From assembly GCA_963706595.1 (NCBI GenBank), contig OY970166.1, positions 3,616,001 to 3,680,000 on the forward strand: 64,000 nucleotides of DNA. The letters run 5' to 3'. Positions within the stretch are counted from its first letter, which is position 1. Each line of letters opens with the position of its first letter. This DNA is from an uncultured cyanobacterium (GTDB lineage: Bacteria; Cyanobacteriota; Cyanobacteriia; Cyanobacteriales; Nostocaceae). The position numbers and the translations under genes are program-made. The notes below the pieces were generated by a model, which saw nothing but the letters and a program-made list of their open reading frames with translations, was not told the DNA's origin and made no database searches. This document shows, piece after piece, positions 1 through 11,168 of the stretch.

Positions 1-1806
1 ACAGGTTCTTCATTAAAAACAAATATTTTGCTGCGTTTTCGGGCTGATATTGCAGAATCTCCCCGACGTAACCTGAATCTTTCTTTGGTAATTGACCGTT
101 CCGGCTCTATGGCGGGTGGTGCTTTGCATCACGCACTTAAAGCGGCTGAGTCTGTGGTGGATCAACTGGAATCAAATGATATTCTCTCAGTGGTGGTTTA
201 CGATGATGAAGTGAATACCGTTATTTCACCTCAACCGGTAACTGACAAGTCAGAACTGAAAAAATCCATTCGCAAAGTCAGAGCCGGCGGTATTACTAAC
301 TTATCAGGGGGTTGGCTCAAAGGTTGCGAATATGTCAAAGCGCAACTTGATTCCCAAAAAATCAACCGTGTGCTTTTACTTACCGATGGTCACGCCAATA
401 TGGGCATTATAGACCCCAAAATACTGACGGCGACATCAGCAAAAAAAGCTGAGGAAGGTATCACTACAACTACATTAGGTTTTGCTCAAGGTTTCAATGA
501 AGATTTGTTAATTGGTATGGCGAGAGCAGCCAATGGTAATTTCTATTTTATTCAAAGCATTGACGATGCAACGGAAGTTTTTAGCATTGAGTTAGACAGT
601 CTCAGAGCCGTGGTAGGTCAAAATCTGACAGTAACTCTGGAATTAGCTGATGGTGTTAGCCTCGTAGATACTTTGAGTTTATCTACAGTTAGTCACAACG
701 AAGCTGGTCAAGCTGTGATTAGTTTGGGCGAACTTTACGAAGGGGAAGATAAACTTTTGGGGTTGAGTCTGGATATCTCCTCAGCACCAGTTGGTAATTT
801 ACCTGTAATGAAGCTGCATTACAGCGCTGATGTTGTCCAAGATAACGTGATTCAAAGTGTGTCAGGTACAGCCGATGTCTTCGCTAAAGTTGGTACTATT
901 GAGGAAGCTGCGGCTGCGTCTTCTAGTGGTGTTATCCTGGAACTGAGTCGCCTGACTATTGCTAAAGCTAAAGAAATTGCCCTTGATTTAGCTGAACATG
1001 GCAGACATGAAGAAGCTGAACAAACTCTGCGGGTATTAGTGAAAGACCTTCAGGATAAAGGTTTAAATGAGAATTTTGAAATTGCGGAAGAGATAGATCA
1101 GCTAGAGTATTTCGCTGGTAGAATTGCTCAAAAAGCTTTGGGTAATGCTGGACGTAAAGAAATGCGAGACCAAAGTTACCAGACAATGACGCGCAATCGC
1201 AGCGATTTAGCGGGACGTGGTGTGACTGCTGGCGATGAAGTCTATGCAATTCCGGTGGTGAATGAAGTCGGTTCTGGGGTGGAACTGCAATGTATTCGGG
1301 AAGGTGGTAAATTGCGGGTTAAAGTTGTCTCTGAGGGTTACGATACTAGTAAAAATGTCCAGTTTCCGCGAGCAATACGGGCTGAAGGCGCACGTTATAT
1401 TGTAGAAGGTTTGGAACTTTCTAGCGATCGCACTTTCTACCGTGTCCAGGGAGACATTACTCGTTTTGCTCAAGCAGGTGTCGCAGATACTTTTGTTGAC
1501 CGTAGAACTACGCAACGAGTTAGCACAGGTAAAGCTTCCAAAGGTCCCGCTAGTGCTGCTGACTTGGAAACAACTGACACTATAGACAATCAGGTTTTAG
1601 TGCAGTGTGTCAAAGATGGTGGTAAACTCAGAGCCAGGGTGGTTTCTGATGGTTATGAACCGGATTGGAATATGCGCTTTCCTCGTTCGGTACGGGAAGA
1701 AGGAATGCTTTACGTTGTTGATGAAGTGAAGACAGCGCCTGATGGTAAGTCTTATATTGCTTGTGGGGATATTAAGCGGTTTGTCCAACCTACGATTAAT
1801 AATTAA
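1..1806 (+). CDS. VWA (von Willebrand A) domain protein with duplicated C-terminal module; 5' end probably outside the window
   Basis: MIDAS motif DRSGS, T(N)LSGG and LLTDG. Frame is open from base 1 (the track starts it at TTG 28). Two similar C-terminal repeats (CxxxGGKLR..VS.GY...N..FPR..R.EG..Y.V). Confidence 0.85.
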   Translation, partial: TGSSLKTNILLRFRADIAESPRRNLNLSLVIDRSGSMAGGALHHALKAAESVVDQLESNDILSVVVYDDEVNTVISPQPVTDKSELKKSIRKVRAGGITNLSGGWLKGCEYVKAQLDSQKINRVLLLTDGHANMGIIDPKILTATSAKKAEEGITTTTLGFAQGFNEDLLIGMARAANGNFYFIQSIDDATEVFSIELDSLRAVVGQNLTVTLELADGVSLVDTLSLSTVSHNEAGQAVISLGELYEGEDKLLGLSLDISSAPVGNLPVMKLHYSADVVQDNVIQSVSGTADVFAKVGTIEEAAAASSSGVILELSRLTIAKAKEIALDLAEHGRHEEAEQTLRVLVKDLQDKGLNENFEIAEEIDQLEYFAGRIAQKALGNAGRKEMRDQSYQTMTRNRSDLAGRGVTAGDEVYAIPVVNEVGSGVELQCIREGGKLRVKVVSEGYDTSKNVQFPRAIRAEGARYIVEGLELSSDRTFYRVQGDITRFAQAGVADTFVDRRTTQRVSTGKASKGPASAADLETTDTIDNQVLVQCVKDGGKLRARVVSDGYEPDWNMRFPRSVREEGMLYVVDEVKTAPDGKSYIACGDIKRFVQPTINN

Positions 1807-1850
1807 AAATTAAAGCGTTGCATAAATGCGAGATGATTTTATGCAATGCT

Positions 1851-1995
1851 TAATTACGAATTACGAATTACGAATTATAGCGGTTATCAGTTAAGTGAGA
1901 TACAAGAACCCCACCCCCAACCCCCTCCCCGCAAGCGAGGAGGAGGCTATGATGTACTTCATTGAAGTGGATACCGCTATACGAATTACGAATTA
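1851..1995. repeat. STRR heptamer array (AATTACG) interrupted by a MITE-like element
   Basis: AATTACG units on both sides of 1878-1979. Confidence 0.8.
1878..1979. mobile_element. ~102-bp MITE-like element with TAGCGGT...ACCGCTA ends and TA duplication
   Basis: Imperfect terminal inverted repeats, TA at 1876-1877 and 1980-1981, and a near-identical 5' part at ~12173-12246. Confidence 0.65.
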
Positions 1996-2694
1996 TTAGA
2001 CTTCAATTAATGGATGATAGTCGTCTGGGTTAGTGAAACCTGCTATCCAGGCGGCTGCTTGATGACAATTTCTGATATGAGGGGGAACGCGTAAAATATG
2101 AATGTGTCCTGTGGATGGACAGGTGACTTTTAAAACGATGAATGGTTCGTCATCTTCAAAGGGAATGTAAATCAGTTGACGTTCTCCACCTGCATCTTGA
2201 TCGCGATCGCGCACCAAACCCCCCACTTGCTGCAATAATGTTTCATATCCCAAACGCTCAATCAAGACACGGCGTAACTCAACATTCTCAATATTAAGAA
2301 TATCTTGTCCTGTAATCGAGTCTGATGCAAAAGCAATGTCATCTGTTACCCGGACTCCTCGCCAGCGTAGAATAAAACCATGTCCCGCAGGTAAACTGGT
2401 AATTCCACTTCCAGCTAATTCAATTCCATGAGTGACGTGTAAACCTGGGGGAAGGGTGGTTAAGTTTATACAGTCGCTAATATCGAGACTTTCACAAGTG
2501 AGATTTTCCGGTAAATTGTAAATATCCGATGCGCTGCTTAAATTCAAATTACCCAAGACACGCATCCCATCCCAGGCGCGATGTGCCAAAATGAGTTTTC
2601 TAGCAGTTTCAGGCGATACAGGCTCATGTCTGGCTTGGGAGGGCTGTTTAACGGGCTTTTTGGGGATACGCCCCTTTGACATCATATTCAGCAT
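1996..2694 (-). CDS. DUF6745-like protein with N-terminal LRR-like segment
   Basis: LRR-like L..LP..L repeats; C-terminal I+N+E+RR..IE..G.. and VTCPSTG.....VPP....C.QA.AW..G. Confidence 0.7.
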   Translation of the reverse strand: MLNMMSKGRIPKKPVKQPSQARHEPVSPETARKLILAHRAWDGMRVLGNLNLSSASDIYNLPENLTCESLDISDCINLTTLPPGLHVTHGIELAGSGITSLPAGHGFILRWRGVRVTDDIAFASDSITGQDILNIENVELRRVLIERLGYETLLQQVGGLVRDRDQDAGGERQLIYIPFEDDEPFIVLKVTCPSTGHIHILRVPPHIRNCHQAAAWIAGFTNPDDYHPLIEV

Positions 2695-2993
2695 TAGTCC
2701 TCTACCTCTACATAAGCATCAGGACGGTATTCCCGTTGTTTCCAAACTCGATAAAACCCTTGGGGTAATTCAATGGCGCGATGTTCTTCATGTATTAAGG
2801 TTGCACTGGATGCTTTGACTTCTAAAAAAAGTTCACTACCATCTACCCACAATTGTACTGCTTGGGTTTGCTGAATGCGGTGGCTATGTCCGGTAACTTC
2901 ACCGTGTGCGAGAGTCGCACCTGTACGCTTCTGCACACCTGCGGGTAAAGCCGGAATTTTGCTGATGAGAACGTCGCCATGTCTGTAAAGCAT
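2694..2993 (-). CDS. conserved small protein (RHGDV / LAHGEVTGHSH / HEEH), usual partner of DUF6745 genes
   Basis: His-rich motifs; stop overlaps the next gene's start, suggesting coupling. Confidence 0.7.
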   Translation of the reverse strand: MLYRHGDVLISKIPALPAGVQKRTGATLAHGEVTGHSHRIQQTQAVQLWVDGSELFLEVKASSATLIHEEHRAIELPQGFYRVWKQREYRPDAYVEVED

Positions 2994-3115
2994 ATCAGTT
3001 TGGGGTTTATTTCACGCAGAGGCGCAGAGAGTTGGAGAGTTTGCTTGACATTACATTTATACTCGCTTAATTTTAAACAAACTAACCTAAATTAACTACG
3101 TAAAAGTCTGTAATT

Positions 3116-3856
3116 ATGAATAATCCAGATTTTTTTAATGATCAACTTCTCGAAAAATTCATTGAAACATTTTATGGCTACGGTAATTTGCAAGGAAAGT
3201 ATTGGTTTATCGGAATGGAAGAATCAGGAGGAGACTTTAAAGAGATTGAAAACAGAATCAATATATGGAGTCAGAGAGGACAAAAGGAAATAGAAGATGT
3301 TGCAGAATATCATATAGCTCTCGGATATGGGGAAAGTTTTCAACCAGGTGCAAAATTACAACCAACTTGGAAGAAATTAATTCGCATTGTATTAAGTGCC
3401 AAAAAAAATGAAAATATTAATACAGAAGATGTTCGTACATATCAAATAAATGAATTAGGTAGAATAGGTAAAGAAACTTGTTTATTAGAATTACTGCCTT
3501 TACCTTCACCCTCTCTCAATCATTAGATATATAAGGATCATACTCAGCTAAGTTATTTAACCGACAGAAATCAGTATGAAAAGCATTGTCTAGAAAACCG
3601 CATCAATACAATTAGTGAGAAAATCAAAGAACATCAACCTAAAGCAGTTGTGTTTTATGGAACTGGATATGAATATTTTTGGAGAAAAATCACACAACAA
3701 ATAACAAACGTTGAATTTTTACTAACTTCAGAAGGTTTCTTAACCTGTAGAAACAGTCAAACCATATTTGTGATATCTCAACATCCTGTAGCTTGGGGTT
3801 CAACAAATGAATACTTCCATAAAATTGGTAAATTTCTTGCTACTAACCCAGCCTAA
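3116..3856 (+). pseudogene. hypothetical (possibly uracil-DNA-glycosylase-superfamily) gene with one in-frame TAG
   Basis: ORFs 3116-3526 and 3650-3856 share a frame and the sequence between them is open after TAG 3524-3526; motifs WFIGMEE, ELLPLPSP and HP. Confidence 0.75.
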
Positions 3857-3906
3857 AATCCCAAACTTCTCTTCCTTTGCGACTTTGCGCCTTTGCGCGA
3901 AATAAA

Positions 3907-5661
3907 TCATTGATTAAACCACTCAACAACACCCTCAGCCAAAACCCTCGCTAACTTCCCTTGTTCCTGAGAATCCATCGCCAACTCAAAATCATCAGGG
4001 TTACTCATAAAACCCAACTCCAATAAAACCGATGGCGCAGAATGGGGACGAGTCAGCGCTAAATTATTCCAATACACCCCAAAAGAAGACCTACCCAAAT
4101 TTTGCACTAAGCGATTTTGCAATAACACCGCTAAACTATGCGCTTGGGGATGATACCAATAACTGCTAACTCCCTTGGTCTTTTCTGCATCGCCATCATC
4201 AGCCAAAAATCGATAATGAAAAGTCAGTGACATCGCAGGTTGATTTTGAGCTATCATTTTCTGACGTTCCACCAAAGACAAATCCCGGTCATCTTCCCTA
4301 GCCATTACCACTGTTGCACCTCGTCGCCGCAATTCATCCCGCAACAGTTTTGTAACTACCAAATTTAAATCTTTCGCTAAATATCCTGTTGGACCTGCTG
4401 CGCCTAATTCTTCACCACCATGTCCGGCGTTCAGCAGAATTTTTACCCCAGATAAAGGTTGTGGTTGTCTGCGGGAAATAACCGGAGAATGACGCAAACT
4501 CAAAACTAAGCTTGTATTTCGGTATTGCAGGTTATATCCCCACTGTTGGTCTTTTGTGAGGTTAAAAGTATATTGCACCTTGCCAGGAGCTATTTGCTGC
4601 CAATCTAGACGAGAAATTAAAGGGTTATCATCGAGGCGAATTGTGTCTGTTTGGGCAGTGGTGTTATGCAAAGTCAGGGTAAAAGTTTTATCCCCCTGTT
4701 CTATACTGACGGGGACAGGAACTTGCAGAGGAAAGACGATTTCTGTTGTTTTCGGTAATTCCCGCGAAATTATACTGCGAATCTTCGAGTGTGGTGGAAT
4801 TGCGCCTGGAATCATCCGAGTTTCTTGACGATGAATCCAGCCTCCGTAGTCTAAACGCAACCAATCACCTTCTTTACCTGTAACAGATGCTCTCACACCT
4901 TGGGGTAAAGGCGTTAACCGTGAATCAGTGGTACTTGGACCTGTGCGCGCCACACCAGCTTCGGCTATGATTTCGACTACTGGGAGTTTGGCTGGTAAAA
5001 GAGTTTGAATCTGACCAGAACTGAATTGAGTTATGGTTTGATTATTGAGAGTTAATTGAAATTCCGGTTTTCCCCCTGCTTCTAATCTTCCTAATGTCGT
5101 GCATCCCTGATATTTACCTGGGACAATTTGAGTAATAGGTTGATTTTTACCATCTATATATATGGCTGAATTACTGGGTAGAGATATTTGTTTTGGTTGC
5201 GGTGATAGTTTAACAGTTTGCTCTCCCAATCTTACGCTTAAATTAGCATTGGGAGAAGCTACGGCACTAAAACAAATTTCTTCTCCTGTTAAACGGGAAA
5301 TGTCAACTTTAGGAGTCAGGGAATCTTTGACAAAGGCTAATCCTTGGGGTATTTTTGGTTGAGAATCAACTCTAGTTACCAGCTTCTGAATTTCTTGATT
5401 TTGGTAACTTACAGTAAACAGATTTTCTCCCAACTGTAAGGGAAAGCTAGGGGCGAAATGTCCAGATTTACCGCGCTTAATGGGTTGATTATTTATTAAA
5501 ACTTGTCCCGTTGGTGGTGCAGTTCCCAGGAGGAATATTTTATCTGTATTAGTTTCGTGATTCGCTGGCGGATAAACCACTTTTAGCGTGTTTTCTTGCG
5601 CCCAAACTACAGTGGGAGTTGTCAGAGAACCGAGAATGATTAATCCTAAAAGCGATCGCAT
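3907..5661 (-). CDS. N-acetylmuramoyl-L-alanine amidase paralog (Amidase_3), degenerate active site
   Basis: Signal peptide, SH3-like region, NAGHGG...SVLLELGF; tandem paralog of 5760-7604. Confidence 0.85.
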   Translation of the reverse strand: MRSLLGLIILGSLTTPTVVWAQENTLKVVYPPANHETNTDKIFLLGTAPPTGQVLINNQPIKRGKSGHFAPSFPLQLGENLFTVSYQNQEIQKLVTRVDSQPKIPQGLAFVKDSLTPKVDISRLTGEEICFSAVASPNANLSVRLGEQTVKLSPQPKQISLPSNSAIYIDGKNQPITQIVPGKYQGCTTLGRLEAGGKPEFQLTLNNQTITQFSSGQIQTLLPAKLPVVEIIAEAGVARTGPSTTDSRLTPLPQGVRASVTGKEGDWLRLDYGGWIHRQETRMIPGAIPPHSKIRSIISRELPKTTEIVFPLQVPVPVSIEQGDKTFTLTLHNTTAQTDTIRLDDNPLISRLDWQQIAPGKVQYTFNLTKDQQWGYNLQYRNTSLVLSLRHSPVISRRQPQPLSGVKILLNAGHGGEELGAAGPTGYLAKDLNLVVTKLLRDELRRRGATVVMAREDDRDLSLVERQKMIAQNQPAMSLTFHYRFLADDGDAEKTKGVSSYWYHPQAHSLAVLLQNRLVQNLGRSSFGVYWNNLALTRPHSAPSVLLELGFMSNPDDFELAMDSQEQGKLARVLAEGVVEWFNQ

Positions 5662-5759
5662 GATGGAAATGTTTTGGTGGGTAAACCTTCAAGGTGGGTT
5701 ACGACGATACAAACCTTTTCAAGAAAATATAATTGATCGCCGTCTAACCCACCCTACTT

Positions 5760-7604
5760 CTAAAGACTCGTTTTAAACCACTCTACAACACCCTCAGCCA
5801 AGGCTTTTGCTAATTTTTTCTGTTCTTGGGAATTTGTCAGCCATTCAAACTCTTCGGGGTTAATCATAAAACCCAACTCCAATAAAACTGATGGCGCAGA
5901 ATGGGGACGTGTGAGGGCGAGGTTGTTCCAAAATACGCCATAAGAAGGTCGATTTAGCTTTTTCACCAGATAATTCTGCATAAATATAGCTAAGTTATGA
6001 GCTTGGGGATGATACCAGAAAGTGCCGATTCCCTTGGTATTCTCCGCATCACCACTATCGGGTAAAGCATTGTAATGTACGGAAAGTGCGATCGCGGGTG
6101 CTTCTCTGTCTATCATGGCCATGCGATCGCCTAAAGAAACATCAATATCAGTCTCCCTCGTCATGACAACTGTCGCCCCTCGATTCACCAATTCATCGCG
6201 GAATAACTTGGATACAACTAAATTAACTTCTTTTTCTGGATATCCAGTCGGACCCACTGCACCAGATTCTTTGCCACCATGCCCAGGATCGAGTAGAATC
6301 TTAATACCAGATAGCGGTTTTCGTCTTTCCCCTCCCATTGTTGGCGGATGACGCAAAGCCAATACCAGGGTTGTATCTTCGTATCTCAGCTTATAACCCC
6401 ACTGTTGAGCATTTTTGAGGTTAAAAGTGTATTGAGCCTGACCTGGAACCACCTGCTGCCAATCTAGACGAGAAATTAAAGGGTCATCATCCAGGCGAAT
6501 TGTGTCTGTTTGGGCAGTAGTGTTGTAAAGTGTGAGAGTGAAATTATCATCGCTCTGTTGCACACTCACAGGTACTGGAACTTGTAGCGGAAAAACCATT
6601 TCCGTTGTACTAGGAAGCCGACGATATCCCACACTACGAATAGTTGTGCGTGGCGGAATCGCACCTGGTAAAACGCGAGTTTCCCGACTATTAATCCAAC
6701 CGCCATATTCCAGGCGCAACCATTCACCTTCGCGCCCTGTTACTGATGCTTGTGTGCCTTTGGGGAGTGGGGTGAGTCGGGAATAATCTGTACTAGGACC
6801 TGTCCGTGCTACCCCTGCATCTGCTACCACCTCCGCAACTTGTAAGTTTGCAGGTGAGAGAATTTGAATTTTGCCAATTCCTGATTTTGTTATAGTCTGG
6901 CCGTTAAGTGTTAGTTGAAATTCTGGTTTCCCCAAATCTCTACTCTGGGCAACAGAAATGATGTTATTACCAGAGGTAGGAGAAACAGGCTGTTCTACTG
7001 TAGTACAACCCTCATACTTTCCTGGGGTAAACTGGGCAGTAGGCTGGTTACTTCCTGTGAGGGCTGCCGAATTACTTGGTAGACTTACCTGCTGAGGTTG
7101 GGGTGCAAGAGAAATAGTTTGATTTGCCAGATTGACAGATACACTGGCATTAGGGGAAGCGATCGCACTAAAACAAATCAATTCTCCCGGTAGTCTGGCT
7201 ATGTCGGCTGCTGGAATCAGAGAATCTTGAGCAAAGCCTAACCCTAGCGGTAACTCAGGCTGTGTCCCCAGCCTTGTCACCTGAATTTCTCGTTCTTGGT
7301 TTTGATGACGTACAGTAAAGAGGTTTTCTCCCAACTGCAAAGGAAAACTCGGAGCAAAATGACCGGCTTGACTGCGGTTAATTGGCTTACCATTGATCAG
7401 AACCTGTCCATCAGGTGGTGCTGTGCCAATCAAGAAGATTTTTTCCGCCCTTGTCTGGTGGTTGTTTGGGGGATAAACAACTAAAAGTGATGATACTGCC
7501 AATGCGACTACAGAGGAGGTAACGATAAACCCTAATATTAGTAATCCTAGAAGTTTTTTCACGATAACGGCACAAAAGTTTTTACCACAGTGACTGTGGC
7601 ACAA
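5760..7604 (-). CDS. N-acetylmuramoyl-L-alanine amidase (Amidase_3); real start probably GTG at 7562
   Basis: DPGHGG, EK, SVHYNA and LLELGF motifs intact; N-terminal signal peptide. Confidence 0.9.
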   Translation of the reverse strand: MCHSHCGKNFCAVIVKKLLGLLILGFIVTSSVVALAVSSLLVVYPPNNHQTRAEKIFLIGTAPPDGQVLINGKPINRSQAGHFAPSFPLQLGENLFTVRHQNQEREIQVTRLGTQPELPLGLGFAQDSLIPAADIARLPGELICFSAIASPNASVSVNLANQTISLAPQPQQVSLPSNSAALTGSNQPTAQFTPGKYEGCTTVEQPVSPTSGNNIISVAQSRDLGKPEFQLTLNGQTITKSGIGKIQILSPANLQVAEVVADAGVARTGPSTDYSRLTPLPKGTQASVTGREGEWLRLEYGGWINSRETRVLPGAIPPRTTIRSVGYRRLPSTTEMVFPLQVPVPVSVQQSDDNFTLTLYNTTAQTDTIRLDDDPLISRLDWQQVVPGQAQYTFNLKNAQQWGYKLRYEDTTLVLALRHPPTMGGERRKPLSGIKILLDPGHGGKESGAVGPTGYPEKEVNLVVSKLFRDELVNRGATVVMTRETDIDVSLGDRMAMIDREAPAIALSVHYNALPDSGDAENTKGIGTFWYHPQAHNLAIFMQNYLVKKLNRPSYGVFWNNLALTRPHSAPSVLLELGFMINPEEFEWLTNSQEQKKLAKALAEGVVEWFKTSL

Positions 7605-7622
7605 TTACGGGATGTTTTTTGA

Positions 7623-9290
<1,668 letters not shown>

Positions 9291-9423
9291 ACAATTCAAA
9301 ACTCAAGAAAATCAGTTTTTTGAGTTTTGAAACAGCCCATAGCAACATCCTTTTAGGACTTGAGGCTATTGTTAGTTATATGTTGGGTGCATCATTCTTA
9401 AAATTCAAACTCAAGGAGATGTT

Positions 9424-9846
9424 GTGGGGTACTGGGTGAAAATCCTTTACGATAGGAACAAATATATAGTTAACTTTGACCGTATTAATGCTTTTTCTTT
9501 TGAAAAAAACGGCAGGGTGACATTTTGGTTGCCTGATGGAGCTATTCCTATTGTCCTTAATCCGCAGAATAATTTACAAGAATATCAAAAAGTTTTAGAA
9601 TATATAGAATATGTTACAGGCTTAGAGTTGGAGCATTCTCAGTGGGTCAAAATTAATTATGACCAAAAAGAATATATAATTAATCTCACCTGTATTAGTT
9701 CTTTTTGTCAAGAAGCTAATGGCAGAATAACATTTTGGCTACCTGATGTTACTAGCCCTATTATTATTAACTCCGTCAGTCATCCCGAATCATATCAAAA
9801 AATCTTAAAATTTGTCCATAAATCAACCGGATATTCCTTGTATTAA
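9424..9846 (+). CDS. hypothetical protein made of two tandem ~70-aa repeats
   Basis: WVKI.YD...YI.N...I..F..E.NGR.TFWLPD...PI occurs twice; AAGGAG upstream of GTG. Confidence 0.75.
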   Translation: MGYWVKILYDRNKYIVNFDRINAFSFEKNGRVTFWLPDGAIPIVLNPQNNLQEYQKVLEYIEYVTGLELEHSQWVKINYDQKEYIINLTCISSFCQEANGRITFWLPDVTSPIIINSVSHPESYQKILKFVHKSTGYSLY

Positions 9847-10150
9847 AAACTGGGAAGCGGGAATTCTTAAAGAGGCGATTAATTGCCTCTTTAACTGTAT
9901 TCATGCCGAGATGATCAAAGTTTTACTCCAACTAACCTTGAGTGTGATCAGCGATCAGGTTATTATCTGTATGTAGCTTGATTCGGGAAAATTACCATCA
10001 GTAGTAGATGTTTGCGGAATCGTGTCATATCCCCTTGATTACTTCATTAAACTTGGACAAACTCAAGCTTTAAGCCCCTGAAACAAATCACGGCTTTGAC
10101 AAGTTGGGGTGCAAGTGGAATCTTCCTGCTTATACTGTTGGAGAAATTAA

Positions 10151-11065
10151 ATGTTCCGTTCAAAAGTAACTAAAACTGCTACATTGCTTCTAGGCATTCT
10201 TACCTTTAGCTATATTTCTAATTTGTCAATCAATCAGCAAACCCTCAAACTGCAATCGGCGCAAGCTAGCAGTGGACACTGTGGACCAAATGACGATCCC
10301 GCCGGCACTGCTGCAACCAAGTTTTTCTTATTTCCTTATGGCAAAACCTTTGATCCTGGCTGTAAGCAACACGATATTTGTTATGCCACGTTGAAACAAA
10401 CAGGTAAAACCAAAGAACGCTGCGAAACAGAATTTCGCCAGAATCTCTACAAAGTTTGCGAAGATCGCTCTCTCTGGCAAAAAGTCAGTCAGGACTTGTT
10501 TGGTTCACTCACTAATCCAAAGCTATGGGGTGGAATTGCCATGACTGGCCCTTGTAAGCGTCAAGCCGATTACGCTTATTGGGCAGTGAGTCAATTTGGT
10601 CAAAAAGCCTTGGGGGAACAAGCTATTCACAGTTTAAAAGTTGTTGGCGTTAGGGCTAATCGCATTTATGATCGCTGGAGTGATGATGAACTTAAGGTAT
10701 GTGTCAAAGTCCGCAACGACGGCAACTTGGCCACAGAGTGGGATCTTGTATTGCTGGATAAAAAAGGCGCGATTGTAGATACTGAGCCGGACACCTACGA
10801 GCGTAATATCAAAGTAGGTCAAACCGACGAAGAATGTGTCAGCACTAGGGGAAGCAGGTATTCTATTTCCGATTTGGGAGCAAATGCCAAAGTAGTCGTG
10901 CGTATGGATGATCACCCAGGCGTGGCACCATTCACGATTTTGACGACAATCTCAGTGTCAACTGCACGCAAACGTGATCAATTCACACCTGTAGCCAACG
11001 ATCATCAGAGCCGAATGGACGGATACAAAAAGTTAGAGCAGATCAAGTCCCGGTCTAGCAGGTAG
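10151..11065 (+). CDS. secreted protein with phospholipase A2-like domain and Ig/CARDB-like C-terminal domain
   Basis: Signal peptide; CGP...FDPGCKQHDICY (PLA2 His-Asp motif); V.V.N.G beta-sandwich-like region. Confidence 0.6.
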   Translation: MFRSKVTKTATLLLGILTFSYISNLSINQQTLKLQSAQASSGHCGPNDDPAGTAATKFFLFPYGKTFDPGCKQHDICYATLKQTGKTKERCETEFRQNLYKVCEDRSLWQKVSQDLFGSLTNPKLWGGIAMTGPCKRQADYAYWAVSQFGQKALGEQAIHSLKVVGVRANRIYDRWSDDELKVCVKVRNDGNLATEWDLVLLDKKGAIVDTEPDTYERNIKVGQTDEECVSTRGSRYSISDLGANAKVVVRMDDHPGVAPFTILTTISVSTARKRDQFTPVANDHQSRMDGYKKLEQIKSRSSR

Positions 11066-11168
11066 CTTTATAATTAAAAATTTCCACAGATTTCGATTTA
11101 TATTCCAGGTAATTCTGGAAGGCGACTAAAATTGAAAGATAGGAGAATTTACCCAAAAATATTAAAGC

